This document shows positions 29,857 to 43,250 of a stretch of DNA of 64,000 nucleotides, piece after piece. The notes under the pieces were generated by a model that saw only the letters and a list, made by a program, of their open reading frames with translations, ran no database searches and was not told the DNA's origin. Each line of letters opens with the position of its first letter. Within the stretch, counting starts at the first letter, position 1. Both the position numbers and the translations under genes were made by a program. The stretch comes from Octopus vulgaris (taxonomy: Eukaryota), in assembly GCA_951406725.2 (NCBI GenBank), contig OX597817.1:76818001-76882000 (forward strand), in the 5' to 3' direction.

Positions 29857-30404
29857 GTATGTTTGTATGTATGTTTGTATCTGTATTCTGCTTAAATAAT
29901 TAGTCCTATACTCTCTTCATCGAGGTCCACTATTGCTTCGTTTCCTTTCCTAAACGAAACGCTAACTGATTCTCCTACTCCTAAATTTTTCCTGTACCTG
30001 CAGCCTTCTTAAATTCGATCTTCGCCTGCGCCTTTCATACCGAAAATTGACCAAGACGTAATTCATGTCCAACAGCGCCTACATCAATCATACAAAACTG
30101 AGACGTCCTACTAATGTCACGGACATTGTATTCATCCTCTCCTGACAGACATATAAAGATTCTAACAAGATTCGTGAAGAGGCTCCAACTCTTCATAGAA
30201 AACTAGTCACGGTTTGTCGAGAACTTACACGCTATTATTGATCCTATCAATTTATTTACGGTGAAGGGATCTGCTTGATAAAGACATTAACAACTCAGAT
30301 TTGTTGGTGCTGGGATTGTTGGCCGTATGCCAGCTTTCTGGAAGAAAATCACTTTCAGTGATTATTTAGTTATTTCCTTTAAAATCAATTCCATTTTCTG
30401 TCTT

Positions 30405-30840
30405 CAACTTGTTTCAGTTAATGAATTGCGACCAGGTTTGGGCACTGCTTTGAAGCGTTTTAATTGAACATATTGATCCCAGTATTTTTTAAATCTAAAG
30501 TCCGGTACTTATATCGGCCTCTTTTGCCAAACTACTAGAGTAAGTGGGTATAAACAAACCAACATAGGTTGTCAAGCGGCGGATAGGGAACGATAAACAC
30601 AACTACAGCCACAACCACACACATGCATACATACACGCACATATCTATATACTTATACACGACGGTCGCCCACTCTGTTGCTGTCTAACAGTTTCACAAA
30701 GTACTGGTTGATCAGGAGCTATAGGAGAAGATACTTAACCAAAGTGCCACGTAAATTCCACCGAGGTCAACTTCGCCTTTCATCCTTTCTAGGTCGATAA
30801 AATAAGTACCAGTTGAGCCTTGTGTCAAAAGTTGAAACCA
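30405..30840. mobile_element. Degenerate SINE A (-) fused to a SINE B fragment (+)
   Basis: SINE A motifs at 30405-30752, then aaattccaccgaggtcaacttcgcctttcatcctt...gtcgataaaataagtacc with an ATT tail. Confidence 0.7.
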
Positions 30841-30867
30841 TCATTATTATCATTATTATTATTATTT

Positions 30868-30924
<57 letters not shown>

Positions 30925-30927
30925 TTA

Positions 30928-30976
<49 letters not shown>

Positions 30977-31824
30977 TTAAATATTTATCGTGTTGTTAAA
31001 ATATAGTTTGTCAGGGTCAGTTTTAACGTAAAAATTTAATTTTAAAAAGCTGCTCAGGTATTAATTTTTTCAAAAAAAATCTTAGTTACTTAACATTAAT
31101 AAAATAGTCTTTGAAACAAGAAGACACTGTTTTATGCCCTATATTTTAATCAGGTATTGCTCCTCAGATTCAGGTCATGGTATCTTTAGAAAGTAAGCTA
31201 CACTGATATAAATATCCTGAAATTGAAGAACTACACTTAAATATAAAATTCTGCCTTTATATTTCGATAATTTCATGTTTTAAAATCTTGCCGTTTTTCA
31301 AGGAAACCTTTATTAAGTCAAAATATTCAGCAGTTTACCATAAAGATTTTTTTTCTTTGAAAACAAATTTCTTGCAAATATAATATAAAATAAAGCAAAA
31401 TATGAACAATGAAGTTAGCATGTATGCTAATCTATTTCAATAAAGAATTAAGAGAAACGTGACTATCTCAGTTATTCGCCATCAAAAAACATTCTTTTTT
31501 TCTTCTTTCTTTTTGCCTATTCACAGCTTCTTCCAGACTCCGATTTATTCGATATATGTTTAAACCTGTCTTCCATTCAGAGTGACAAAACAGAATAGAA
31601 GAGAATAAAATATATAAGTTTCCTTTGATTCATTATCCTAATCAGATATTTATATTTCTTTGCCAAAAGTAAAATCTCGATATGTTTACCAAAAGAAGCA
31701 GGAGGTACATAAGGAAGAGAAAAGAGAAGAGAAGAGGTGATGGGTAGAGAACGGGAAAGACGATTCAGATAGAGGCAGACAGATAGAGGAAACGAAGTGG
31801 ATAATAAAGAAAATTAACAAACTA

Positions 31825-31947
<123 letters not shown>

Positions 31948-32618
31948 TAAAAAATAGAATATGATTCTAATGAAGAAGTTAAGAAAGAAGTAGGAAGAGG
32001 AAAGAAGAAGTATGTGGGCCATTTTATCTTAATACATTTGTATGGGAAATAATTTTGCTCGGACAATATCCCTCTCATTTATTTTCTTCATGAATCTTTT
32101 AATGAGAATAGAAGAAAAAAAAATGAATGAAAAGCAGACGATAAACGATTCATATAAAAAAAAATGTAAAATAGATAAAGAAAATGGGATAAAAGATTCT
32201 ATTGCTAAGAAAGAATTAGCGAAGCTGCAAATATACAGAAGTTTTGCTTGATCCAGAATGAATTCATTTGAAAAGAGACGTGGAAGTAAGTCTATAAGAA
32301 TCGAATCCACGTCTATATTAACTTTTGTCTGGCTTGTTCTGATAAAACCGCTATCGATCAGGCGTGTCAGATGGTGGACAAGAATGGCTTGATTACTTAC
32401 CGAACGCCTTTTTCTCCATTCATTTCAATGTAACCAGGTCAGCATATAAATAGAGTTTTAAATCGATATAAATAGAGTTAAAATCGATCGCCTGCCGAAT
32501 GGTTATAGATTTTACTAAATGACCTACAGATTTCACCAGCGTGGAAATTCTGTCGGACAAAAATTAGAAAATATTGCATGAAAATCTCTCTTAGTCGCTT
32601 TGTCTTTGTGTGTGTGTA

Positions 32619-32670
<52 letters not shown>

Positions 32671-33520
32671 TGTGCATATATACATTCATACACATACATA
32701 CGTGCACGCACACGCACGCGCACACACATATATCTCTTTACACACACAAACAAAAGCAGTACCTATCTTTATTCATGTGTGCGTGTTCATATTAATTATC
32801 TTCTGCAGTTCTCCATTTTTATTTAATATTCATCTTATATTCAACAAAAGCATTAAAAAAACAATGATGTTAATTTTTTTTTTCTTCTTTTTGCAATTTG
32901 TCTTCAGATAATGATGAGTCTGTTAACAATTATATCCGAATACATACTTACCCACCTACATGCGTGGATGATCCACATATATACATTTTATTGTGTGCTA
33001 GCAGTTGTACAAAGATTTTGAAGCTGCTAATGCATCGATTCTGCGATCCGGGTTTGATTTCAGGTTGAGCTGTTTTATTTCATTTATCTTAACACTCTAC
33101 CTGAAGAACAAATTTTCAGTGGTGACTCCCTTGACGCTTTTTTTTTTTTTACAAATTACAAAGTTAGAGACAGATTCGTTCTATAAGAATAATCCAATAG
33201 TATATAGAGGTGCGCATGTGAATATGCTTAGAGAGTATTTCTTATAGATGCCAAATGTATATACGTTAACGAATCATGAGATCGCGTTTCTTTTGTGACA
33301 TCATACGGTTTATTAGTCAAGTTGTGTTGCCTTTTACGCTTTCTACATCTATTCTGTCTCTTAGAATTACAGAAGAAGATAAAGATTAGTCGTAAAGACT
33401 GTATCATATGAAAATAATAAAACGATGCATGGAGGTGTGCATTTTAATACGTTCAGAATGAATTAGCACTAGAAGGATTGAGTGCGTTATATGACGCACT
33501 TTGAAATCTTAATTACACAC

Positions 33521-33692
33521 AGGCATAGGAGTGGCTGTGTGGTAAGTAGCTTGCTTACCAACCACGTGGTTCCGGGTTCAGTGCCACTGCGTGGCACCTT
33601 GAGCAAGTGTCTTCTACTATAATCTCCGGTCGACCAAAGCCTTGTGAGTGGATTTGGTAGACGGAAACTGAAAGAAGCCCATCGTATATATG

Positions 33693-33740
<48 letters not shown>

Positions 33741-33927
33741 AACATCGCTTGACAACCGATGCTGGTGTGTTTACGCCCCCGTAACTTAGCGGTTCGGCAA
33801 AAGAGACCGATAGAATAAGTACTAGGCTTACAAAGAATAAGTCCTGGGGTCGATTTGCTCGACTAAAGGCGGTGCTCCAGCATGGCCACGGTCACATGAC
33901 TGAAACAAGTAAAAGAGTAAAAGAGTA
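33521..33927 (+). mobile_element. SINE family A, full-length copy
   Basis: A-box tggctgtgtgg, B-box ggttcagtgcc, caccttgagcaagtgtctt, internal (TA)/(TG) microsatellite, (GTAAAAGA)n tail. About ten homologous copies occur in the window. Confidence 0.9.
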
Positions 33928-34477
33928 ATTCAAAAACAATTGTAGATTTTGACATCATGTTGCTTGGATTTTCATAGTTTTATGATATGTATATACACTA
34001 TGGATTATAGGTTGTTTGCACCACCCAAAAAAACAAATTACATACTACCTATAAGGACCACATGCGTCAATTGATGCATTGATAAATTCTGAAACTTGCA
34101 CCTGCTTTTGTTTATGAGTACATGTGATAAGGTTTTAAATATTCAGTAATTGCACAGCCTTTACAGCTCACAAAACAAAACAGCAGAACAGAAGGGAGTT
34201 ACCAGAAGTAGTAAAGCAGGTGAAACCAGTTCACGAAATTGGTTTTGAAATCCACAGAGAAGCCAACTGTCACACATCGTACCTATGCAAAAAATCAAAA
34301 TCTGTTGTCGTTTTGAGTAGTTTACATCAAAAGAGAAAAACAGAAACTGGTTTACTTGTGAATGCATCAAAGTAAATATATAACTAATGGATAGTTAAAT
34401 GTTTCATAAGTAATGGTTTACTTTGGCAGAATTATCTTGTATGAGAATATATGAAGGATGCATCATAAACGATACAA

Positions 34478-34682
34478 TGGTTTCAAACTTTGGCATAAGG
34501 CAAGCAATTTTCGGGGAGTGGGTAAATTGTTTACATCGTCTCCAATGTTCATGTGGTACTTATTTTATCGACTCTGAAAGGATGAAGACAAAATCGACCA
34601 CGGCGAAATTTGAACTCATAGCGTAAATGCTGACGAAATGCCGCTAAGCAGTTTTCCCCGCTTACGATTCTGTCAGCTTGGT
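34478..34682 (-). mobile_element. SINE family B
   Basis: ggtacttattttatcgac...gaaaggatgaag...tcgaccacggcgaaatttgaactc. Confidence 0.75.
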
Positions 34683-35899
34683 TCCTTGACATCATAAACG
34701 ATATAATGACAGAATGCATCACATCTTAAGCTCTGATAAAGTCTTGACTCAAATTTTATCTTAGTGATTACACAAAGAGAATCATTGTCGTAGAAGTCAG
34801 GCAGAGACTCGGATATACCTATTCGATAAGGTATTGACAAACAGAAACAAAAACAAAAAAAAGAAAGAAAATCGTTAGTTTTTGGAGTTAATGCACAGTA
34901 TCTTTCATAGAACCAATTTTAAAAACTTAACTTTTAGTGACGCTTTTACTCTTAATTAGATATAACTATGTGAAAGCATTCACTACTGTAAGCTGTCGTA
35001 TGTCGTCAGTTTCTTTTTATTTTTCGTTTTTTGCTACACATTGTATTGACATGGCTTTTACGATAGAGCGATGTTCTATGCATGATTTGTGGAGCATAGT
35101 CATAATGACTAAAGACTAAAGTCATGCACGGGTTTCATGTCCTCAGTGAAATTTATGAAAGGATTTACATCACATTTAGTGTATTTCATAGAGCCAAAAC
35201 CGTTACACATACACTACACATCTAGTGTTTTGAATTCATAAGGTGTTTCTAAATAAGAAATTGATATTACGGCAGTTAAAAACAATGACTTGAGAAAAAT
35301 AGAAGATCAGTTATATTTTGTTTTGGCCCCGCTTAACGTCCCATATTCAGCTCTCACGTTATTCGTTTATATTTCTTTCATCTTACGTGGGGAACAATTC
35401 TATAAGTGCCAGTCATGTAATTAGTATATTCTACCGTCAAATTTGTGACAGTTCCTCCATATTATTAAACATTATTAAAAAAGAGTCAAAAAGAGCCACT
35501 ACGTAGTTGTTCAGCCTACTAGAAAATCATTTATATCCCCCTTAATAATAGTTAATGATAACAAAATGGAAGGAAGAACTCGTTAGATAACACATTGCCA
35601 GCTACCTTAAAACGCTGAGATAATTATAACATGAATACCTTTCATCATAGCTCGACACGATGAGAACTGACTTGAATTAAGTAAACAACAAAAACTGATA
35701 GTCAAAAAAGCAAAATGGAGGACACCGTACAGAAAACAATAAGCTCCCGGCAACTGTGGCTCACTAATGCGACAAATATCCTCTTAAATGGTATAAATTT
35801 TACACCATTCCATTACCCTTCTCAAATACTAAAGGCACTCGCTACTTTTTTCTTCTATTTTGCGCTTTTCTTTACGACAATATTATCATATGTGTGATA

Positions 35900-36115
35900 T
35901 ATCTCTGGTCATGATGCATTGTAACCAGAGATGTATATTCATCCTTTGATTGTATCGTACATTTCCATTTAGGCTTGAAGAATATTTATTTTCCTATCAT
36001 CTTGGGAATCTTCTGAATGATCTCTTTTGATCTCTTCGGTACAATTCGACAACACTACAGGTCTACTTGATATCAGCCTTGCAGTATGCCCGTTCCAGTG
36101 TAACTTGTGCATTTG
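35900..36115 (-). pseudogene. RTE-like LINE C-terminal remnant
   Basis: Minus strand MHKLHWNGHTARL...VVELYRRDQKR..R resembles the RTE terminal LRWAGHVAR...W.PR..KR..GRP motif. Confidence 0.5.
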
Positions 36116-36759
36116 GTATTCTAGATCTCATAGGGTAGCGAACCTAGAAAAAAGAAAAAGGAGCAACAACTAATGAAGAAGTACAAAGAAAGAGGTTGAA
36201 AGGGAAGAAATAAAGGATGAAATCATTACAACGGAACATAGATAATTTATCTATAATTATATAAGCTATAACATAACCTTCAAATCCCCGCTTTTATTTA
36301 CCGAAATTCAGTAGTTGATCACATACAAAGTACTCTGCCATTTGTAGTAAACTAATGTTCTTCTAGTATTGTTATTGTTATTGTTTTACCGCATGACATT
36401 CTTCTTTAAACAAATATATAATCAAAGACGTTCCATCCGTGACCACGTCATCACATTTTTCAGACATTATTCATTTCGATTATACTATCTAATTTGATCT
36501 TACACCCTATAACGGTTGAGAGTGATTTCAAGGAAATTTAACTGCTATTTCTAACAAAATTAGTGTCCACGTACAGGTTTTTCCTGTGGTTAGTCTTCTA
36601 TTATTTTTATATCAGAATAATTTAATAAAATTAACGTGTTTAAGCTAAATATTTAGCATATCCTGGCTGCATGTGAAGGTCAAAACATTTGCACTAAATC
36701 AATTGTTTTAGTTCTCTTGGCCACTCTACAGATCAAAAGTTTGCATGCGCATACCTAAA

Positions 36760-36820
<61 letters not shown>

Positions 36821-36827
36821 TATTATG

Positions 36828-36863
<36 letters not shown>

Positions 36864-37844
36864 CTTTTGTGTTCTGTTTTTTTTTATTTCATTTGATACA
36901 TATATATATATGTGTGTGTGTGCACGTGTGTATGTATGTGTGTGTATTTACGTACGTATGTAAGTATGTGCGTACTTATGTATGCGTACATATATTATAT
37001 ACACACATACGTACATACATACACACACACATATGAAGACCAACTAATGGAAAATAGAGAGTTGTACTTCATTAAAATCTATTTAATTAAAATCATTTTC
37101 TTTATATTAAATCCCGACACGTGTTTTCGCTGAATAAATGTCTTAGCTTCCTTTGTTGTGATAGTTTTTGATTTCTATTGAATTAATTGTAGACCAAATT
37201 CTTATCCAAAGGTTGACAATCTTACACAAATTTACATCAATGTGTTTTTTGCATCCTGCAAGACGAAGCAAACTCAAGAATTCTGATACGAAATATAAAT
37301 TCCTGAAATCTCCTTGGTGTGGGAATATAAGAGATTAGGACAACAGACAATGGAAATAGTAATGAGATATGGTATGCCCAGATATCTAGCTATATTTAAA
37401 CTCAGAATGACCCATTGGAAACTGAGTAGATTACTATACTGTTATTTATAGTAGTAGCAGCCTTATTCAGGTCAAGATGAATTAGTATTGCTGATCGATC
37501 ATGCTTAAAACAATATAAATATATATTCTTGTATATATATAAACCAATATGATTCTTAATATATATATATGTAAAACAATATATTCTCCCAAAAAGGGGA
37601 GAAGCTAATATTGTCGTCATTGGGCAACGGCGTGTACCCATATTAAAAGCATTCAAACCTTAGAATGTTCTTATTTATTGAATCAAATACAACTCTAATA
37701 GAAGTATGTATATTAGCTGAATTTTTAAATTAGTGCTTCTAAATTAAACTCATGTTAAATTAATTTGAGAATATTTGATTAGCGTTACGTATGCCACCCA
37801 TTTTTCTAAGTAAATTCATACTGAAAATATTTACCAGGGAATTA

Positions 37845-38290
37845 TTTAAGTGTTTTTATATATGGATTCAAGCATTTTATTGTTAATTCATTTCCATAGT
37901 CTAATAACTTATATTTGGAGATAAGGATAAGGAGTGTTTCTTTAAGGCAAATATTGCATTTACTATTACTACCAATATAGTGTGAAGCACTTATAATAAT
38001 TGACCATTTAATATCATATTTAGTATTCTTATCGTTTAAAGTTCAAATGTGGTTACATAAAATTGTATAATTATTTTTTCTCTATTTCTGAAAGAAGAAA
38101 GGTAATTATTTGATATGTTTTTAAAGTCCGTACCGTAGAGCAAGTCAAGAAAGTATGTAACAGCGTGCAATACCATAAGCTGTTACCGTGCATTTATATA
38201 CTAAATTATTTTCAAGATATTTATTCTCAATTGGACATTGGAAATTGTTGCTACAATTACGAAGAAGTTTTATCCGTAACATTATATTCA
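37845..38290 (-). pseudogene. Penelope-like GIY-YIG endonuclease remnant
   Basis: Minus strand NCSNNFQCPIENKYLENNLVYKCTVT...YI; FKNISNNYLSSFRNR; YDIKWSII..ASHY..SKCNICLKE...ELTIKC. Confidence 0.75.
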
Positions 38291-38294
38291 TTAG

Positions 38295-38880
38295 GCTCAA
38301 GGTAGCTTATCTCGCGTTCTCCGGGACCTTATTCGCTCCACATTGTAATATACAATCAATTGTGATAGGTCGTTTCATCATTTGTGATTGATCTTTTCAA
38401 AAATGTATTATTTTTCTTGCTTTTCAACAGAGAATAGCAGATAGAAATGCAGTTCATTAATTTTCTTCCGGTAAGTTATGAAGCAACAAAACATCATCGT
38501 GATTCACGTATCCAAGTGTTTTTAAATACTTTATAGCATTTTATGAGATACGTGAAGTATCTTGGCAATGTCTCATGCCATGTGACCGGAATTAATTTGA
38601 ATGAGTGCTTCTAATTAGTCGTCATCAATGACTGTAGGCCTACAGGAATGTTCCCATCCTCACAGCCTTCCAGATCAAAAGTTTCATTCTTAAACCTAGA
38701 AAACTACTTACGAACAAGCCTCTCAGCCGTGGTACAATCTCCATAAGCTGGACATATTTTTTCGATGTTTAAGACCACCGAATGACGAACGTGTATATTA
38801 TCATTTCCATTTCAACTATAAAATTAAACTATCAGCACAATAATCGTACAGAAAGTCTCAGTGAAATGTTATCTTTCTGA
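38295..38880 (-). pseudogene. Degenerate mariner transposase, N-terminal half
   Basis: Minus strand ICPAYGD...RFKNETFDLE...RPTVIDDD...DIAKILHVSH...LKTLGYV...ISICYSLLK...FLKRSITNDE...IVYYNVERIRS. Confidence 0.75.
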
Positions 38881-39174
38881 AAATATATATGCCTATACCT
38901 TCTTAAAAATATATCTTCTTTCTCGTTTCATGAGACTGGGAGTTCAATAAAGCTTCCCACTATTATAATGAAGTACTTCCTATGAGTCATGTTACGGATA
39001 ACATCTTTTACAGCTATAAATACACAAGATAAAATTTACTAATGTACTATAAAAACAGATGAACGCTCTATGAATTAACTGATTTTGATTTAAGCAAAAG
39101 TCCCGTTTCCGTATAGGCTAAGATACTGCTTGAATTAAATTTTTCTTCTTTTCCCGCATAATATTCGATATATT

Positions 39175-39242
<68 letters not shown>

Positions 39243-39439
39243 CATATACATATACGAGGGGCGTTCAATAAGTAATGCCCCTGACACACTTCCCATAGTA
39301 GTAGAGCAACGAAACTTGGCACAGTTATTAGTCATTTTCTACATAGGAACCACCCAGAGTTACGCATTTCTCTCATCGTTTGATGCAGCTCTGGAGACCG
39401 TTTTTGTAGAAGACCCCAGCTTGGTCTTCTAACCACGAC

Positions 39440-40361
39440 GTGACTTCAGAGTGTCGAGCAGTGATCCGGTTTTTGTATTTGAAAGGACGCACACCACGGG
39501 AGACTTTTGATGAAATGAAAGTAACTTATGGTGATGATGCCCCATCATATGACCTTGTAAAACGCTGGCTTCGTGAATTCAAACATGGTCAGAACTCTGT
39601 GGAAACAGCTCCCAGATCTGGTCGCCCCCCTTCTGCCATTGATGAGGTATCTGTCCGTTAAGTTGAGGCTGCCATTTTGGAAGATCGACGCATAACTATT
39701 CGCCAAATAGCCCATGAGGTCAAGATTAGTACCGGGTCTGTGGGAACTATCATTCATGACCATTTGCATATGCAAAAGGTGTCTGCCAGATGGATTCCCA
39801 GGTTGCTCACACCTTTCCAGAAGCAAGAACGCGTCGAGTGCTCGAGGGTGAATTTGGAGATGTGCCAAGAAGATGAGTCTAAATTTTTCAAAAGACTGAT
39901 TACACAGGATGAAACCTGGATTCATCACTATGATCCAGAGACCAAACCCCAGTCAATGCAGTGGAAGCACCGTGACTCACCTCCTCCAAAGAAGGCAAGG
40001 GTGCAGCCCTCCGCTGGCAAGATCATGCTCACAGTCTCCTGGGAGCAGGACGGAGTAGTGATGACAGATTTCCTGGCAAAGGGTACCACAATTACAGGAG
40101 CCTATTATGCTTCACTTTTGAGGAAATTAAGAGAAGCTATCAAAATCAAGAGGTGGGGCAAGATCAGCAAAGGCATCCTCCTCCTGCAAGACAACGCTCC
40201 GGTCCACAACTCGCGTGTCGCCAGATCAGAAACACAGGCGTGCGGCTATGAACTCCTCCCCATCCCCCTACTCTCCTGACCTTGCACCCTCTAATGTTCA
40301 CCTCTTCCCAGCCATGAAGTTGTTTTTGAAAGGAAAGCGTTTCCCAGATGATGCAGCTTTG
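39440..40361 (+). pseudogene. Mariner transposase pseudogene
   Basis: HTH region, RSGRP, RWIPRLLT, ITQDETWIHHYDPE, LLQDNAPVH, YSPDLAPSN (third catalytic D changed to N). Stop at 39659-39661, frameshift near 40260, C-terminus replaced. Confidence 0.93.
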
Positions 40362-40600
40362 AAGTCCGTACCGTAGAGCAAGTCAAGAAAGTATGTAACA
40401 GCGTGCAATACCATAAGCTGTTACCGTGCATTTATATACTAAATTATTTTCAAGATATTTATTCTCAATTGGACATTGGAAATTGTTGCTACAATTACGA
40501 AGAAGTTTTATCCGTAACATTATATTCATTAGGCTCAAGGTAGCTTATCTCGCGTTCTCCAGGACCTTATTCGCTCCACATTGTAATATACAATCAATTG
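40362..40600 (+). repeat. 239 bp direct duplicate of 38124-38362
   Basis: Identical apart from one substitution (ccgggacc vs ccaggacc). Confidence 0.97.
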
Positions 40601-40732
40601 GCACATCTCCAAATTCATCCTCGAGCACTCGACGCGTTCTTGCTTCTGGAAAGGTGTGAGCAACCTGGGAATCCATCTGGCAGACACCTTTTGCATATGC
40701 AAATGGTCATGAATGATAGTTTCCACGGACCC
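40598..40732 (-). repeat. 135 bp inverted duplicate of transposase segment 39734-39868
   Basis: Reverse complement matches with three substitutions. Confidence 0.97.
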
Positions 40733-40759
40733 TTATTGAACGCCCCTCGTATATATATT

Positions 40760-40799
<40 letters not shown>

Positions 40800-41467
40800 T
40801 AAATACATACATAAATACAAACATACATACACACACATACACATACACACACACATACACACACACGCGCGCGCACACACACACATATATATATGTATAT
40901 ATAGAGATAAGTAGCAGCCCAGTCTTAAATACCAATTTGAAATTTCTTCATGCAGTTACTTATGCTGATGATTCAGGTTCATCCGATGAGTCCGCAACAT
41001 TTTATAATGTATGGAGCCGAAACAAACTGCTATTAAATGAATAAATATGATATACCTATACGTGGTCAGGTGTCTTCTACTATAGCCTCGGGCTGATCTT
41101 AGTGAGTGGATGTGGAAGACGGAAAATGAAAGAAGCTCGTCGTATGCATATATAAATACACATACATACATATACGTACACACACACACACACCCACCCA
41201 TATATAACGATGAATAGCCCACGCGCAAACCAATTGGTTCGTTTCGGTCTCTTACATTTTTATTATTATTATTAACTTCTTATAATCATCTCATAATAAT
41301 GACCTTTATGACTCGTATTACTACATCAGTCAATCTAAATGTATATATTTGTCACTACCTGTCATAAACAGCCTTTTTCTATCTGCAATATGCATTTTCG
41401 TTGATTTTTCCTATTTTACCCTTATATTTCGACGTGTATTATATAATTTCTTTTCGTAACATATTTC

Positions 41468-41548
<81 letters not shown>

Positions 41549-41664
41549 ACAGACTTCTTTCAGTTTCCGTCTACCAAATTCACTCACAAAGATTTGATCG
41601 CCTCGAGGCTATAGTAAAAGATATTTACCTAAGGTGCTATGCAGTGGGACTGAACTCGCCTGTG

Positions 41665-41722
<58 letters not shown>

Positions 41723-42670
41723 AACACATGTCAGGTTTAACCATTTCATTAAGTATTATCCGTATATATTTAATAGTTCTATCATATTTCGACTGAAAGT
41801 ATTATTTCCGATTCGCATCGACGTTTCAAGACGATCCATGTCTTATCTTCTGTATGAAATGATTTAAACGGTGGCTGTCACTGATGACTTCTTCTAGACG
41901 TATATCATGTTGAGGGTGCTGTATTCGTAGCTCATTCCTTATCACTCACACTTGAAATATTTTGACCGAAGAAGTCAGGTTTCTTTCAGCAATCAGTAAA
42001 ATAAATTGTCCATTGTCTGGTGTCTCTGATGATAGTTACCAATGTTGTTGTTGTTGTTGGTGGTGGTGGTTGAGGTGGTGGGGGACGGTGATTGTGGTAG
42101 TGGTTGTAGTGATGAATTCGTCATTGTTGCCGATTAGCCAAAGGTAAGCATTTCTGAAAGAGCCATATGAGTAAAGATTTTACGATCATAACTATCCTGG
42201 TTCAATAGATACCTTACATACATGCATACATACACTCACACAGACGCATACATAATTCATACATGCATATATGCATACATACAAATGTGCATACATCGAA
42301 AACTAAAGATCCGATCCAACATTGGAAGTGTAAAAATTCGTAAAACTTTCTAGAAGTCTATTATTTTTAAGCATGTATGTGCATGTCTAGACATGCAGCT
42401 ATATGCATGAGAATACATACATAAAACAAGATATACAAATCTACACACGCACAGACTCCAAATGATGCACACATTCACTCATACAAACAAATATACCCTA
42501 ATGAGGTTGCTGAAATTGCAATGAAGGATCCTTGGATTTAGATTAGAAATATGCTCTTTGTCTATTAACAAGAAATCTTGAAATAGACTGAATTATGACA
42601 TACATACATACAGATATGCAAACATACATATATTCATATGTGTGTGTGTACGTGTGCGCGTGTATGTACG

Positions 42671-42797
<127 letters not shown>

Positions 42798-42889
42798 CTG
42801 TAATGAGTGGGATTCGTGTTGATATGCTAAAATAAGGAATATGCTTAAATAAGGCAGACATTAAAAGAAATATTTCGAAGGAGCTATCT

Positions 42890-43250
42890 TTTACTTTTTT
42901 CAGGCATTATACAACGACCATGCTGGGGCACCGCCTTAAAGAATTTTGGCCGAAGGAATCGACACCGGTCATCGTTATCTGGTACTTATTCTATCGGTCG
43001 GTTTCGTCGAACTGCTTCGTTACGAGAACATAAATGCACCATCACCGGTTGTCAACCGGTGGTAGGAAATAAGCACTGACACAAAGACACACACACACAC
43101 ATATGTGTATATTCGATGGAATTCTTTCAGTCTCCGTGTACCAAACCTGCTCACAAGGCTTTTGTCATCCTATGGCTATAGTAGCAGACAGTTGACCAAA
43201 GGGCAACGCAATGAGACTGAACCCAGAACCGAAAAGCAAACTTCTTACCA
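42890..43250 (-). mobile_element. SINE family A, degenerate
   Basis: ccatgctggggcaccgcc, ggtacttattctatcggt, ccggttgtcaa, ctcacaaggcttt. Confidence 0.8.

Larger units (their letters stand above)
39255..40749 (+). mobile_element. Mariner (Tc1/mariner) DNA transposon with rearranged right arm
   Basis: Terminal inverted repeats CGAGGGGCGTTCAATAAG (39255-39272 and 40732-40749), TA on both flanks, transposase inside. Confidence 0.95.

Noticed and set aside
32905-32975. C/D snoRNA-like ATGATGA box
   Set aside because: No properly placed D box or terminal stem.
33481-33500. Small hairpin agtgcgt-tatatg-acgcact upstream of a SINE
   Set aside because: A 7-8 bp stem is expected by chance in 64 kb, and it is not seen at other SINE copies.
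38188-38391. Duplicated small gene (near-identical 67/77 aa ORFs at 38188 and 40426)
   Set aside because: Antisense to TE fossils. The identity is explained by the templated 239 bp duplication.
39677-40279. Functional transposase or SETMAR-like domesticated gene
   Set aside because: Upstream stop, frameshift, D-to-N change at the third catalytic residue, missing C-terminus, and no SET domain.
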